The notes under the pieces: model-generated
What the model was told of the DNA's origin: nothing
Seen by the model: only the letters and a program-made list of their open reading frames with translations
Databases searched by the model: none
In this document: positions 1 to 11,833 of the stretch, piece by piece
How positions within the stretch are numbered: position 1 is the first letter of the stretch
Layout of the letters: each line of letters starts with the position of its first letter
Position numbers and translations under genes: made by a program
From: Zygnema circumcarinatum SAG 698-1b
Taxonomy: Eukaryota > Plantae > Zygnematophyceae
Assembly (NCBI GenBank): GCA_037447605.1
Contig: CM074810.1
Span: 620,001 to 684,000 of the forward strand
DNA: 64,000 bases
Direction: 5' to 3'

Positions 1-281
1 TGGCAGATCTAACGAATTTAATGTTGTCACGTTGCTTCAACATGCCACGGAGGACGGCCGTGAGTCCTAACCGTTGCTTTGGCGGATAGCCATCTGAGCC
101 CTAACCGTACCTATGTACGGTTAATGTACGGATTTCATGTCCTAGTGTCCGAATTGTACGGTTTTCCATCTTTGCTGACGTGGATGATCGGACGGCTGGA
201 GTCGAATCGATTTATCCAATGATCTGCTCCCACATAGCCCTACATGTCCGAAATTTTTTGCCCGGACTCTCCTGAACCGTA

Positions 282-472
282 CAGTAGACCCCCCCAATAT
301 TTTCGCCCCTCTTATTTTCGCTCCCCAATATTTTCGCCCTGAATTTGCCAAAACCCCTTTTTAATATAATACTGCCCGCCTATTGTTAACACGCACCCTT
401 ATATTTTCGCTACCCAATATTTTCGCCCAATATTTGCCGAAACCATGGCGAAAATATTGGGGGGGTCTACTG
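282..472. mobile_element. Non-autonomous TIR element (MITE), Tc1/mariner-pogo type
   Basis: Perfect 26-bp TIRs CAGTAGACCCCCCCAATATTTTCGCC at 282-307 and their reverse complement at 447-472, flanked by TA at 280-281 and 473-474. Several internal TATTTTCGC repeats. No coding capacity. Confidence 0.85.
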
Positions 473-647
473 TAACGGTACTGTGTTGCCCGTACGTACA
501 ATGTGGACGATTCGTACAAATTCGTACGAATATCGTACGGTCGAAGCTTGCCGAACCTTCCATTTGGGACGCCCTTGAAAGCTTGGCCCTCCCTCCATGT
601 CGCTTCCTTCCCCGTACTCTGAACCCTAATTCATCCTCGCTGCTGCC

Positions 648-3600
648 ATGGCGTGCGCTTCCCCCGCGGCCCTCACTTCTATCCGCCCCTCTCTTCGCCA
701 TGGTCGTCGCTGCGCGTCGTCCCCACTCTCACCAGCCGCATCTCTCGCACTCTCCTCCTCCCCCTCCCCCACCAACTCCTTCTCCCCCTCCCTCTCCCTC
801 TCCCCCTCCCCCTCCGTCTCCTTCCCTCTCCTCTCTGTTCGCCGAAGCGCCCTCGTGGGCGCGGCGGGAGCACGGCGGGTGCCCGGCGCTGTGACATGTG
901 CGGCGACGCTGCCTCCGTTAGCGGAGACGGAACTGGTGGCGGTGCGCACGGAGAGCGGGGCCCTGGCGGCGCTGCCTGCGGGCGCGGGTCTGTACGCGGT
1001 GCACGACCGCGCGGGGCGGCTGCAGTACGTGGGCCTCTCGCGGCGCCTCGCCGCCTCCGTGCACGCGCTCGCGCAGGACCTGCCGGACCTCTGCCACGCG
1101 GTCAAGGTGAGGGAGGGAGGGAGGGAGGGAGGGAGGGAGGGAGGGAGGGCGAGGCCTCAACCCCGCCCGGGTTTTGGCGCTTGAATTCTGAACGCTGAAC
1201 CCTAAAACCTGAACCGTGACCGTTGAGCTTTGAGCACTAAAGCGTGAACCATAACGACCATTGAACCCTGAACCTCTGAACCCTAAAACCTGAACCGTAA
1301 CCGTTGAGCTTTGAGCGCTAAAGCGTGAACCATATTGACCATTGAACCCTGAACCCTTAATTCTGAACCCTTAACTCTAAAACCTGAACCGTGACCGTTG
1401 AACTTTGAGCCCTAAACCATGAACCATAATGACCATTGAACCCTGAACCCTTAATTCTGAACCCTTAACTCTAAAACCTGAACCGTGACCGTTGAACTTT
1501 GAGCCCTAAACCATAAACCATAATGACCATTGAACCCTGAACCTCTGAAATCTGAACCCTTAAACCTTAGCCTTAGGGAACCGTGACCCTCGAACGCGTG
1601 AACCTTAAACCCTAAACCCTAAATCCTGACCCCTGACCCCTCACCCTGTGCTCCTGCGCCTTCTGTCAGGCAGGTCGCTGTGGTGGAGTCCCCGAGCCGC
1701 GATGCGCTGACTGCCGCGTGGCAGGCGTGGATGGAGGAGCATGTCCAGGCGGGCGGGGAGCTGCCACCTGGCAATGAGCCCGGCAACGCTACCTTCACCG
1801 CCCGCAGGGCCCGCCCCGCGAAGGCCGATCTCCGCCTCACGCCCGGAGGGAACAAGGAGCTCAACATTTCGTTGATTGAGGTTGGGGGGGGGGTGGTTCC
1901 ATGTCTCCGTTAGCATGTGCGGTTGAATGTTGAGGAAACCGGGGAAAGGGGGAGGGGGGTCTCCATGTCTTTTGGTTGTGTCCGTGAGGGGAACGGGGGG
2001 TTCCGTGTCAGTAATAGCGTGTGTAGTTAAGTGTTCGGCGAACGCAGACGGCAGGTTTGTATGTCTCGAATTGCGTGCGAAGTGATCTGTTCCGAAAAAT
2101 GGAGGCGACGTTCTGTGTCGAGGATGGGTGGCATTTTGGAAGTAGGGAAATGGGGGGTTGAGGTTCAGAAGGGGAGGTTTTGATGGGGGTGTTTAAGTGG
2201 GGGAGGGAAGCGGTTGGGAAAGGGGGAGGGGGGGTGGGGGGGAAGGGAGTAGTGATGCTGGGAGCTTTGATTGGTCCAAGGGAGGGAAGGTCCGGGAATT
2301 GGTCAAATTTTTGGGTATCTGGTTGATATGAAGTGGGTGGGGGGTTGTTCGGAAAAGGGCGTTTCTTGTGGGTTCTGTCATGTGTTGCGTGGTTCTATGC
2401 AGTTTAGATGATGGTTGCAGATAACTGGTTGGATGACTGAAATTGGTTTACATTGGGAATGGAGAGGACAGAGAAAGTGACTCGTGTTGTGTGTGTTTCA
2501 TTTTGTTTCATTGTTTCAGCTTATCGATAGAGTTGTGAAGGAGTGCAAAGTTGTCGCCTTCATCAAGGGCTCAAGGTCTGTCTCTCTCTCTTTCTCACTC
2601 TCTCTCTTTGTGTCTTTCTCCCTCTCTCCGCTCTCTCCCCTCCCCCCCCGCTAGCCCCCTCCTTTTCCATTTTTGCTGGCTAAGTTTTCTTCAAGAAACT
2701 CATCAGATTTTAGCTCTTTTCAGAGTAGTAGCGCCTACGAGGGTCTCACCTGTTGGCTTGAGAAACATAAAGGGGGAAAGGGACGGCACCGGAACAGGCC
2801 CCCTCTCTCCTCTCCCCCTCTCTCCTCTCCCCCTCTCTCCTCTCCCCCTCTTTCCTCTCCCCCTCTCTCCTCTCCCCCTCTCTCTCTCCCCCTCTCTCCT
2901 CTCCCCTTCTCTCCTCTCCCCTTCTCTCCTCTCCCCCTCTCTCCTCTCCCCCTCTCTCCTCTCCCCCGACCCCCCATTCCTCCCCCTCATCTTTCGTTCC
3001 CATTGCCATGAAGCTCCTGATTCATGGCGATGCTAATCAAACACATTCAACTATAGTCATCCCTCTCCTCCTTTCCCAAAAGCCCATGCATGATCCCGTC
3101 CACCCATGCAACCCATTCACGGTTCATCCACTCATGCTCACCCATACATCATCCTTTCATTCCTTGCATATCCGAGCAGGACATCTCCTCAGTGCGGATT
3201 TTCACACCGAGTTTTGACCATTCTGAATGAGAACCAAGTGAACTATGAAACCCTAGATGTGCTGGACGAGGAGTACAACCCCGGCCTGCGGGAGGCCATA
3301 AAACAATACAGGTCAGAATGTTCGAAAACCCTCAAGTTCGGATTAGGGTTCAGAATGTTCTATCTGCAGGCAAACTCTCGTTGCTTATTTTTCGGGTTCA
3401 TTCTTTCAAGATGTCTTCCTCATACTTTAGGGTCTCACATGAGAAGATGTGTTGGCCAAGTTGCACGTGGACTTCACGGAACTGAACGTAACTCGAGCGC
3501 ATAGGACGGGGTGGAAGGGAATTGATGTTCTTCTTTCCTTCCTTTTTTTGTGAGTCGCAGTCAATGGCCAACAATTCCACAGCTATATGTGAACGGCGAA

Positions 3601-3672
3601 TTTGTCGGTGGAGCGGATATTCTCGATGAAATGGTCGAGTCAGGAGAGATCAAGAAGCTGCTTTCTGTGTAA
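648..3672 (+). CDS. GRXS16: Plastid monothiol glutaredoxin with N-terminal GIY-YIG domain (GRXS16/CXIP2-like), ~321 aa
   Basis: Exons 648-1106, 1674-1880, 2520-2575, 3180-3311 and 3561-3672 join in frame with GT-AG introns. Ser/Pro-rich transit-peptide-like start, GLYAVHD...QYVGLSR, then [38 protein letters not shown]. Confidence 0.95.
1197..1620. repeat. Intronic tandem repeat, ~80-92-bp unit rich in AACCCT(A/G)AA, about 4 copies
   Basis: Unit AAAACCTGAACCGTGACCGTTGA...ACCATTGAACCCTGAACC recurs near 1204, 1286, 1379 and 1474 in GRXS16 intron 1. Confidence 0.85.
2800..2965. repeat. 15-bp pyrimidine minisatellite (CTCTCTCCTCTCCCC)n
   Basis: About 10 tandem units visible in GRXS16 intron 3. 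Confidence 0.8.
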
Positions 3673-4462
3673 TATGTTTCTGTGTGTAGAACGGATCAAC
3701 CCTTTCTGCAAACGGATAGTTCCATATACCGACCTTTTTCTACCAAGCTTTTCCCTTTAGTCTATGGGAGCAGTGCGTGAAGGACAGGGAGCATATGACC
3801 CTTGCACAGTTGCACGGACCCTTCTCATGTACTGTTTCATTTGTTAGCACGGAATTCCTCAACAGGTTGAGAACATACAACTTATTTTAAATTTTCATTG
3901 CTTTTTTATATCAAGTTCATGCTATTTCTCTGAGGCCTTATTGTGTTTCGGCCTTTACTTATTCATCTTGTCTTCTTTTTAATATCTATTCTTACTTATT
4001 TTATGTTGCAGTGTCATTAGAGTAAATACCAGTATCAACAATTTAGTAAGAGCGAAATAAAATCCAACCAACTTAAAGGCTTGACAAATCCATGCATGCC
4101 TTTGCTTGGTAAGGGGTCCACTTTTTCTCTCTCTCCCCTCCCCCCTATCTGTCTGTCTCTTCCTAGTGGCCTGTCTGCCTGTCTATCTCTCTCTTTCTCT
4201 CCCTCTCTCCCTTTCTCCCTCGCTCTCTCCCTGTACTCTCCCCTTATCTACATGGTCACAAAAATTCACTGAAGCTTGGCAGGAGCGAGACAACAAGGAT
4301 TGCGACCGTCTACGGAACTGAAAATGCACAGAACTGTTCACCACTTGACCGATCGGAAGGACTTCACATATAAACATTTACCATTAGGAACGAGAAACGA
4401 GTACCTCGCAGTATGGCCTGTACATGGTCACATCACAGCCGTCGATCAACCGGATCACCGCC

Positions 4463-7098
4463 TTAGAATGGAGCCATGCCGAAGATTGCAGCCACTCTTG
4501 GGTGCATTCTATGGTAGAGTCTCCGTACTACATGATCCCTCAACTTGCGTGCTTCCACGTGTCCTCCTCTCGCTGACCGTTCGAGAAATACCAACGACTT
4601 CACTCCATCGCCATCCTGCTCCCGTTGACAACAAAAGGAAGAGCTAAAAATTTCACTCTCCAATTTTGAATTCATCTTCCGAGTTTCCTTCAATTTCCAA
4701 CCGCAATAACACCCAAAAGAAAAAACGGGAAACAAAAAAGTAAAAATAAGGCAAGAAAGAGCAGTCTGCAACCCCTTCATAAAAAGTAAGCATGCCAATA
4801 TCGGGACTCGAACCCAGCACCTTCAGCAGGTTTATTGCGTGCTCGTAATGCGCCGCCGGATGGTTCACTTTGGCTACCTGCGCTATGAGGCTCCGCGCCC
4901 TGCTCTGATTGGCCGGGCAGCCCTCGCCGCGCTGGAGGCACATCGCAAGGCTGAAGGTGGCGAATATATTGCCGCCCGCCGCAGCCTTTTCGAACCATAG
5001 GGCCTGTCCAGATGCATCCCCCCTCCGCCATCATACATCATATGCTTGCTGGGGACTATTTAGGGTTTTTAGGGTTTTCAGGGTTTTTAGGGTTTTTGGA
5101 GCAGATATTGAGTCAGGCCTAGGGAACGGCAGCATCGGTCGAAAAAAAGATCGTGAAGATAGGGAGAATATGAAGTTAGAGAGGATAGGCTTTAAGCTCT
5201 GATCTAACCACACCAAATTACCAAATTAAGGAGTTAAAAATATCTGAGGTTCACAGTTTCAGGTGGTTTAGAAAATAAGCTGTACCGCTCCAGCCAAATC
5301 TTTTGGAGTTCCGCGACCTTGCTGGAAGCAGAGGGCCAAAGGGTATTGCGATTCTCTATTTCCACCAGTCGCAGATTTTTTTAGCCAATGCACGGCCTCC
5401 TCCAAAGTCTTTTCTGACTTCTCCTTTTCTAAAGGCACAAACAACAAAACAAGCGAAGGTTAATCCAACTGATTATCTCCGAAAACAACAAAAACCCAAA
5501 AAAGTTGCCCATAGGGACCCGGCCTCAAAACAGTTCAATATGTTTACCCTTGAGCAGCTAACCTCAAAATCAAAACATTGAACCCAAATTTCACGACCCC
5601 AAGAGCTTGATCTTACTCCATATAGGGTTCTACTTCATACTCTGAACCCCGTAAGCTTTTCACTAAGCGCGCCCCCCCCCCCCTCCCTCTCCCTCCGCCC
5701 AAAAACTTGTTTTCACAACGACGACAACCAGTCTCCCGTGTGAACACGCGGTTAGGGTCAGGGTTAGGGTTAGGGTTAGGGTTTGGGTTAGGGTTAGGGT
5801 TAGGGTTAGGGTTAGGGTTAGGGTTAGGGTTAGGGTTTGGGTTAGGGTTAGGGTTAGGGTTAGGGTTAGGGTTAGGGGTAGGGTTAGGGTTAGGGTTAGG
5901 GTTAGGGTTAGGGTTAGGGTTAGGGTTAGGGTTAGGGTTAGGGTTAGGGTTAGGGTTAGGGTTAGGGTTAGGGTTAGGGTTAGGGTTAGGGTTAGGGTTA
6001 GGGTTAGGGTTAGGGTTAGGGTTAGGGTTAGGGTTAGGGTTAGGGTTAGGGTTAGGGTTAGGGTTAGGGTTAGGGTTAGGGTTAGGGTTAGGGTTAGGGT
6101 TAGGGTTAGGGTTAGGTTTAGGGTTAGGGGTAGGGGTAGGGTTAGGTTAGAATGAAGGTTACGGTAAAGGATTAAGAAGGTTAAAGTAAGATGCGGTTTA
6201 GGGTTTAACCCCGTGCCCCCGTTCACACCTCCTTCGTGCAGCAAAACCAGCGCGAGGTTGTGCTGGCCTCGCACATTTCCCGCCTCCGCCGCCTCGCGGT
6301 CCCACCGGACGGCCTCCTCCTTGCAGCCCTGCAAGCAGCAGCGCAGAATGAACGACCAATGTTCAGAGTTTTCAGAGGATTTTCAACGATAGAATGTTGA
6401 GGGTTGTTTAGTCTAAGATTCCATTCCCTCCAATGGAGCAAATGTGAGGGACTGTGAGCTAAATTACGACGACGTTGCATGAAGAAAATTGGTTGCCATG
6501 TCAGCTGCCATGGGGGGCATGCGACACCATTGGCCACCCCCATGGCCCCCATGCCCCATGTCCCCATGCGGGCCATACCCCATCATTCCCATCTTCCATC
6601 ATCCCCATGCTCCATGTCCCCATGTCGGCCATGCCCCTCCCATCATCCCCATGCAGCCATGCCCCATGCCCGCCCCACCTTTATCCGCAGCAGCTGTCCC
6701 GCGTCCACCATGGCCTCTGTGCTGCCACGTGTCGCCCCCTTCAAGAGGCAGTCCAGCGCCTTCTCCACGTCCCCCTGTCCGTACATGTTCCGCTTCCCCC
6801 ACGCCGCAAGGAGGGCCGCTTCCCGCAGAGAGCAGGTCGCCGCTCGCCAGCTCCGGCACGCCTGCCCGGCGGCAAGCACGGCGGCGGTTGACAGAGGTGA
6901 CAGAATGCGTTGGAGCAGGTCGGGGGGAAGCTCAGAGAAGGGAGAGCAGCCAGGGGGGCAGGGAGAGACATGGGTGGGGTTCAGCGCTAGGCGGGCAGGT
7001 GGAAGGGAGGGGAGCGGGGGTTCAGGATGAAGGAGACGCGTTGCGGCAGAACCAGAACTGACGGTTTTCGGGTTAGGGTTCAGGGAGGGCGGAGCCAT
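4463..7098 (-). CDS. F-box protein with Sel1-like repeats (At1g70590-like), ~327 aa
   Basis: Exons 7098-6679, 6328-6229, ~5413-5286, 5003-4821 and 4615-4463 join in frame. F-box FSELPPDLLQRIL...CRSW, LREAALLAAWGKR...KALDCLLKGATRGSTEAMVDAG, and Sel1-type repeats AAEAGNVRGQHNLA, SATGGNRESQYPLALCFQQGRG, AAAGGNIFATFSLAMCLQRGEG. Confidence 0.88.
5751..6150 (+). repeat. Interstitial telomeric array (TTAGGG)n, ~65 units, in F-box intron 2
   Basis: Near-perfect TTAGGG tandem array with a few TTTGGG, TAGGGG and TCAGGG variants, degenerating toward 6210. Confidence 0.97.
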
Positions 7099-9215
7099 GG
7101 CGAGGGCCTGCTCGTGATCGGGCTGTATCGCAGGGGGTATTTATGCTTTGTATGTATGTATGTATGTATGGTCACATGGTGGTATGGTATGGTATGGTGT
7201 GGCATACAATGGCATGGCATGGCATGGCAGGGTATGGTCTGGTATGGTACGGTCCGGCCGTCCGTACATGTTCGTACAGTTTTGGAGAACCATGATTGAT
7301 TCTTTTTGAAACCACGAAAACACTCGAGATATCCCGATATTTTATATCTCGATACTTCCATTTTCGGATATGAATATCGGTGCGATATTATCTCCGATGC
7401 GACTTCATCAATGAAAAATGGAAAATCGATGATTCCTTTTTTTGTTTTTGTTTTCTTGTCTCGTTTGTATTTCAGTTTCTAAATCGTGCGATTGTCGAAA
7501 CGTCGGACTGACCGCCGCCCGCCTGACAAGGCCAATCATTGCACGGGACCCCACCGACCAGCCAGCCAGGCGACAAGATTGAACCTGCCAGGGGGCCCAC
7601 TATTTTGTCGTGACATTCTTCCGACAATTAAGTCTACAGGGCAGCCGTTAAAAAAGACAAACTAATCTGCCAGGTGGTGGTCGGTCGTACAAATACGACA
7701 AGAAAGGCAGCACATTGTTTAAGGACAGGTGGAGTATTAATTTGTAATATTCGGCAGATCTTGACCTCTCTGTTGGACATTGGTCCACTTGGCCTGTCGG
7801 TACTTCACCAACAGTGTACGAACATTCAAAAAGGAACAAAATTGAAGGACAGTCGTGTTTTGTCGTTTAGTTTAAAGACAAATTTTGAATCTATCTATCG
7901 CCGCCTAGTATATGATCGGACGTATCAGATTAACCGACAAACATTTTCACGCGGCTTATCGTGTCAGATAATTGTCGTTTAACGTAGTTCCAGAATGGGT
8001 TCACTGGGCTTCCAGATTCCAGAAACAACAAAAAGCCATATGGAATTGCGAAGGCGGCCCTTCCTGCATTGAATGCCTGCGCTGGCAGAAAGGTACAGCC
8101 ATACCGACGACGTCATCCATGCGTCACCACCACCAACAGCAACCACCAACCAACCATAGGGAATCTTTCGTAGTGCAAAGCTACTGTTCCTGACGAATCT
8201 ACGACTAGACACCGTATCCGACACCTGGCATATCTGGACCGAATCGACAACGTGACCTTTTTCAGCCAATCACGACACAGTTGTACCAGCCATTCGTACT
8301 TGTGGGTGAGAATCTAAGATTCTAAAAGATCGCAAGTACAAGTCATGCCAGCTGAACTATGACGCACAGAATATTTTCAGATCTCATGCCCACGTGCCTC
8401 ACTGACGCACTGGGTCTCCATTTTGGCAGCTAGCGTAGATTGCACACAAGTTCGTACGATTCTACTAATCTTAAAATCCCCTGATGATTGCCTTCTATTC
8501 GTACGGTACTTTCAAGTACGGTTGAAAGTGCATATTTTTGGCGTTTAGTTCCGACGCTATGTACTCATCTGCGACTCGCTCCCATCCGATGGTACGATTT
8601 TGCGCTTTCCTCTGCGAGCCATGATCGAGCATTTGCGCGCCACGTGTTTAATTTTTGTACACGTGACTTAATGTTATTGGCTGGTGCTCAACCATAGTTC
8701 TCCATCGAACAGGCCATCGCCACGGTCTATCGAGCCGACCCTAAAAACCCTTAAAACCATAAAAACCGAGAACATGTTCCCATGGGAAAGATGTGGCATT
8801 GATCTCACGATGGCGACAACATCAAATGAACAAAAACAAAATCAATATGGGGAACCACGAAGAACATAACAGAATGGCATCACATGCGATGCCATAATGC
8901 CATGCATTGCCCATGGCCATGTACATGCATGCATGCATGCCCATGATGCCCGTATATGGCCACATACATACACACATACAAAGCCATGACACATGCCACC
9001 CACTTTGAGCGAACCACAACGTCCTTTGACAACGACGAACCTTCAGCTTTATTTTTCAACACCAATGAATGCATCTGTGCCCCCTAGAGACGAATCTGCC
9101 GCACGGCATGGCCATGGCCATGGGCATGCATGCCGCCCATGCCCCATGTCATGGTGCCCCGCTCTAGCCTCCCTTTATACATGCCCTACCCTATGCCAAC
9201 TTCCATACATGTTCT

Positions 9216-11833
9216 ACTTCAACTTTTTCATGCATGTTGTTCTATCCCATCCTACCCAATTGACTCAGGCCTTTTTAAACCTCGTCAATACCCTAACACC
9301 TTAAACCCTAAACTCTAAGCCCTAAACCCTACTACATGTACATCCATCCTTCCTTAACAAAAAAATCATGGATGAACAACTTAGTCCCATACAATACATA
9401 GCCTACAAACTACAATTTCTTTCCTTCCTTTCTCTCCTCGTCCTCCCACTGCCCGCTCGTGGTTCTCCGCGGGGACACCCCCGGGGACCCCCCTGTCTTC
9501 CCCGTAAACCCTGCCCCTTTAACGGAGGCATAAACCCTCGGCGTCGACGGGTTCCAGGAGCTTCCCTTCTCCTGGTCCGCCATCGCGGAGGGGGGCCTCA
9601 CCGCCATCGAAATCGGTACAATCCGAATGGAGGCGTTTCCTCTGGGCGACCTTTGGAGGGTCGGAGGCGCCTTGTACTTTTTCAGGTCCCCGTTTGGAGA
9701 TATGGAGTCCTTGGGCGAGAGGTAATCCCCCTTGGATGGGAAGTCCCCCGGAGAGACCAAGTCCCCCGGGGACACCAAACTGCTCGAAACTGGCGATATT
9801 GGAATTGCTCCAAAGTCCCTTCCGCTTCCCGCCTCCTCCCCTTCAGAAGACTCTCCCCCTCCTCCCATAACCCCTCCTCCTCTATACCCTGTCAAAGCAT
9901 CTAAATCAAGCTGTGGAAGGCGGAACGGCCTCGCCAGCTTGGGAGGGGGTTGTCTCCCACTCTTCTCCCTCTCCCTCTCCCTCTCCCTCCCCCTCTCCCT
10001 CTCCTTCTCTCTCTCCCTCCCTCCGTCCTTCCCATCGTCGTTGCGGTTCTCTATGATCATGCCATCCGTGTTTGATCGGACAAACTCGTTCCCCCTCTGG
10101 GGAGTCTCTGACTCCATGGATGGTCTCCTTCGGACTCCTCCAGGAGGCTCTCTCCCTTTCTCTTTCTCCATAGTCGGCTGACTCAGTATGGGGCCCGAAT
10201 GCCACATGGACTCTGCCGGACCCCTCTTTTTGTGAATGGATGCATAGTCATACTTCTCCTCCCCCCCATAGACAATATCCTCCATTCGCGGCGGCGTCAG
10301 CTTCTTCTTCGTCACCTCCCCCTTCGCCTGCTCTTCCATGAGATCTGCTGCCAATCCATTTGCAAACTCCTGCCATGCCATCTGATGTGCAAGCGGAGCA
10401 GGCAAAGTCTCCATTCTGGTAAGCTTCCGAATCTCCCCTGTATCCATCCGACTCAATTTGGGAACCTCCGAAAACTGAACAATTCCCTTGTTTCTCCGTC
10501 CCCATGTCCCCCCCTCCCCCCCTCCTNNNNNNNNNNACTTCAACTTTTTCATGCATGTTGTTCTATCCCATCCTACCCAATTGACTCAGGCCTTTTTAAA
10601 CCTCGTCAATACCCTAACACCTTAAACCCTAAACTCTAAGCCCTAAACCCTACTACATGTACATCCATCCTTCCTTAACAAAAAAATCATGGATGAACAA
10701 CTTAGTCCCATACAATACATAGCCTACAAACTACAATTTCTTTCCTTCCTTTCTCTCCTCGTCCTCCCACTGCCCGCTCGTGGTTCTCCGCGGGGACACC
10801 CCCGGGGACCCCCCTGTCTTCCCCGTAAACCCTGCCCCTTTAACGGAGGCATAAACCCTCGGCGTCGACGGGTTCCAGGAGCTTCCCTTCTCCTGGTCCG
10901 CCATCGCGGAGGGGGGCCTCACCGCCATCGAAATCGGTACAATCCGAATGGAGGCGTTTCCTCTGGGCGACCTTTGGAGGGTCGGAGGCGCCTTGTACTT
11001 TTTCAGGTCCCCGTTTGGAGATATGGAGTCCTTGGGCGAGAGGTAATCCCCCTTGGATGGGAAGTCCCCCGGAGAGACCAAGTCCCCCGGGGACACCAAA
11101 CTGCTCGAAACTGGCGATATTGGAATTGCTCCAAAGTCCCTTCCGCTTCCCGCCTCCTCCCCTTCAGAAGACTCTCCCCCTCCTCCCATAACCCCTCCTC
11201 CTCTATACCCTGTCAAAGCATCTAAATCAAGCTGTGGAAGGCGGAACGGCCTCGCCAGCTTGGGAGGGGGTTGTCTCCCACTCTTCTCCCTCTCCCTCTC
11301 CCTCTCCCTCCCCCTCTCCCTCTCCTTCTCTCTCTCCCTCCCTCCGTCCTTCCCATCGTCGTTGCGGTTCTCTATGATCATGCCATCCGTGTTTGATCGG
11401 ACAAACTCGTTCCCCCTCTGGGGAGTCTCTGACTCCATGGATGGTCTCCTTCGGACTCCTCCAGGAGGCTCTCTCCCTTTCTCTTTCTCCATAGTCGGCT
11501 GACTCAGTATGGGGCCCGAATGCCACATGGACTCTGCCGGACCCCTCTTTTTGTGAATGGATGCATAGTCATACTTCTCCTCCCCCCCATAGACAATATC
11601 CTCCATTCGCGGCGGCGTCAGCTTCTTCTTCGTCACCTCCCCCTTCGCCTGCTCTTCCATGAGATCTGCTGCCAATCCATTTGCAAACTCCTGCCATGCC
11701 ATCTGATGTGCAAGCGGAGCAGGCAAAGTCTCCATTCTGGTAAGCTTCCGAATCTCCCCTGTATCCATCCGACTCAATTTGGGAACCTCCGAAAACTGAA
11801 CAATTCCCTTGTTTCTCCGTCCCCATGTCCCCC
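9216..11833. repeat. 1.32-kb direct duplication across an N-gap (probable assembly artefact)
   Basis: 9216-~10512 appears identical to 10537-~11833 (offset 1321). The second copy starts exactly after the 10-N gap at 10527-10536, and the ORF track repeats with the same offset. Confidence 0.9.

Noticed and set aside
648-1106. GIY-YIG homing endonuclease or mobile element
   Set aside because: This is the known N-terminal domain of GRXS16, spliced to the glutaredoxin exons.
5605-5640. Possible micro-exon of the F-box gene
   Set aside because: Exon 2 splices in phase directly to ~5413, and adding this segment breaks the frame.
5751-6150. Chromosome end
   Set aside because: The array is flanked on both sides by in-frame exons of one gene, so it is interstitial.
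5663-6334. 223-aa LT-repeat ORF and 147-aa GL-repeat ORF
   Set aside because: Translations of the TTAGGG array; only 6328-6229 is a real exon.
9216-10526. Apparent tandem duplicate of the pseudo-PPase 3' end (380-aa ORF 9410-10552)
   Set aside because: The copy appears identical and abuts a 10-N gap at a low-complexity tract, typical of unmerged overlapping contig ends. It has no start of its own.
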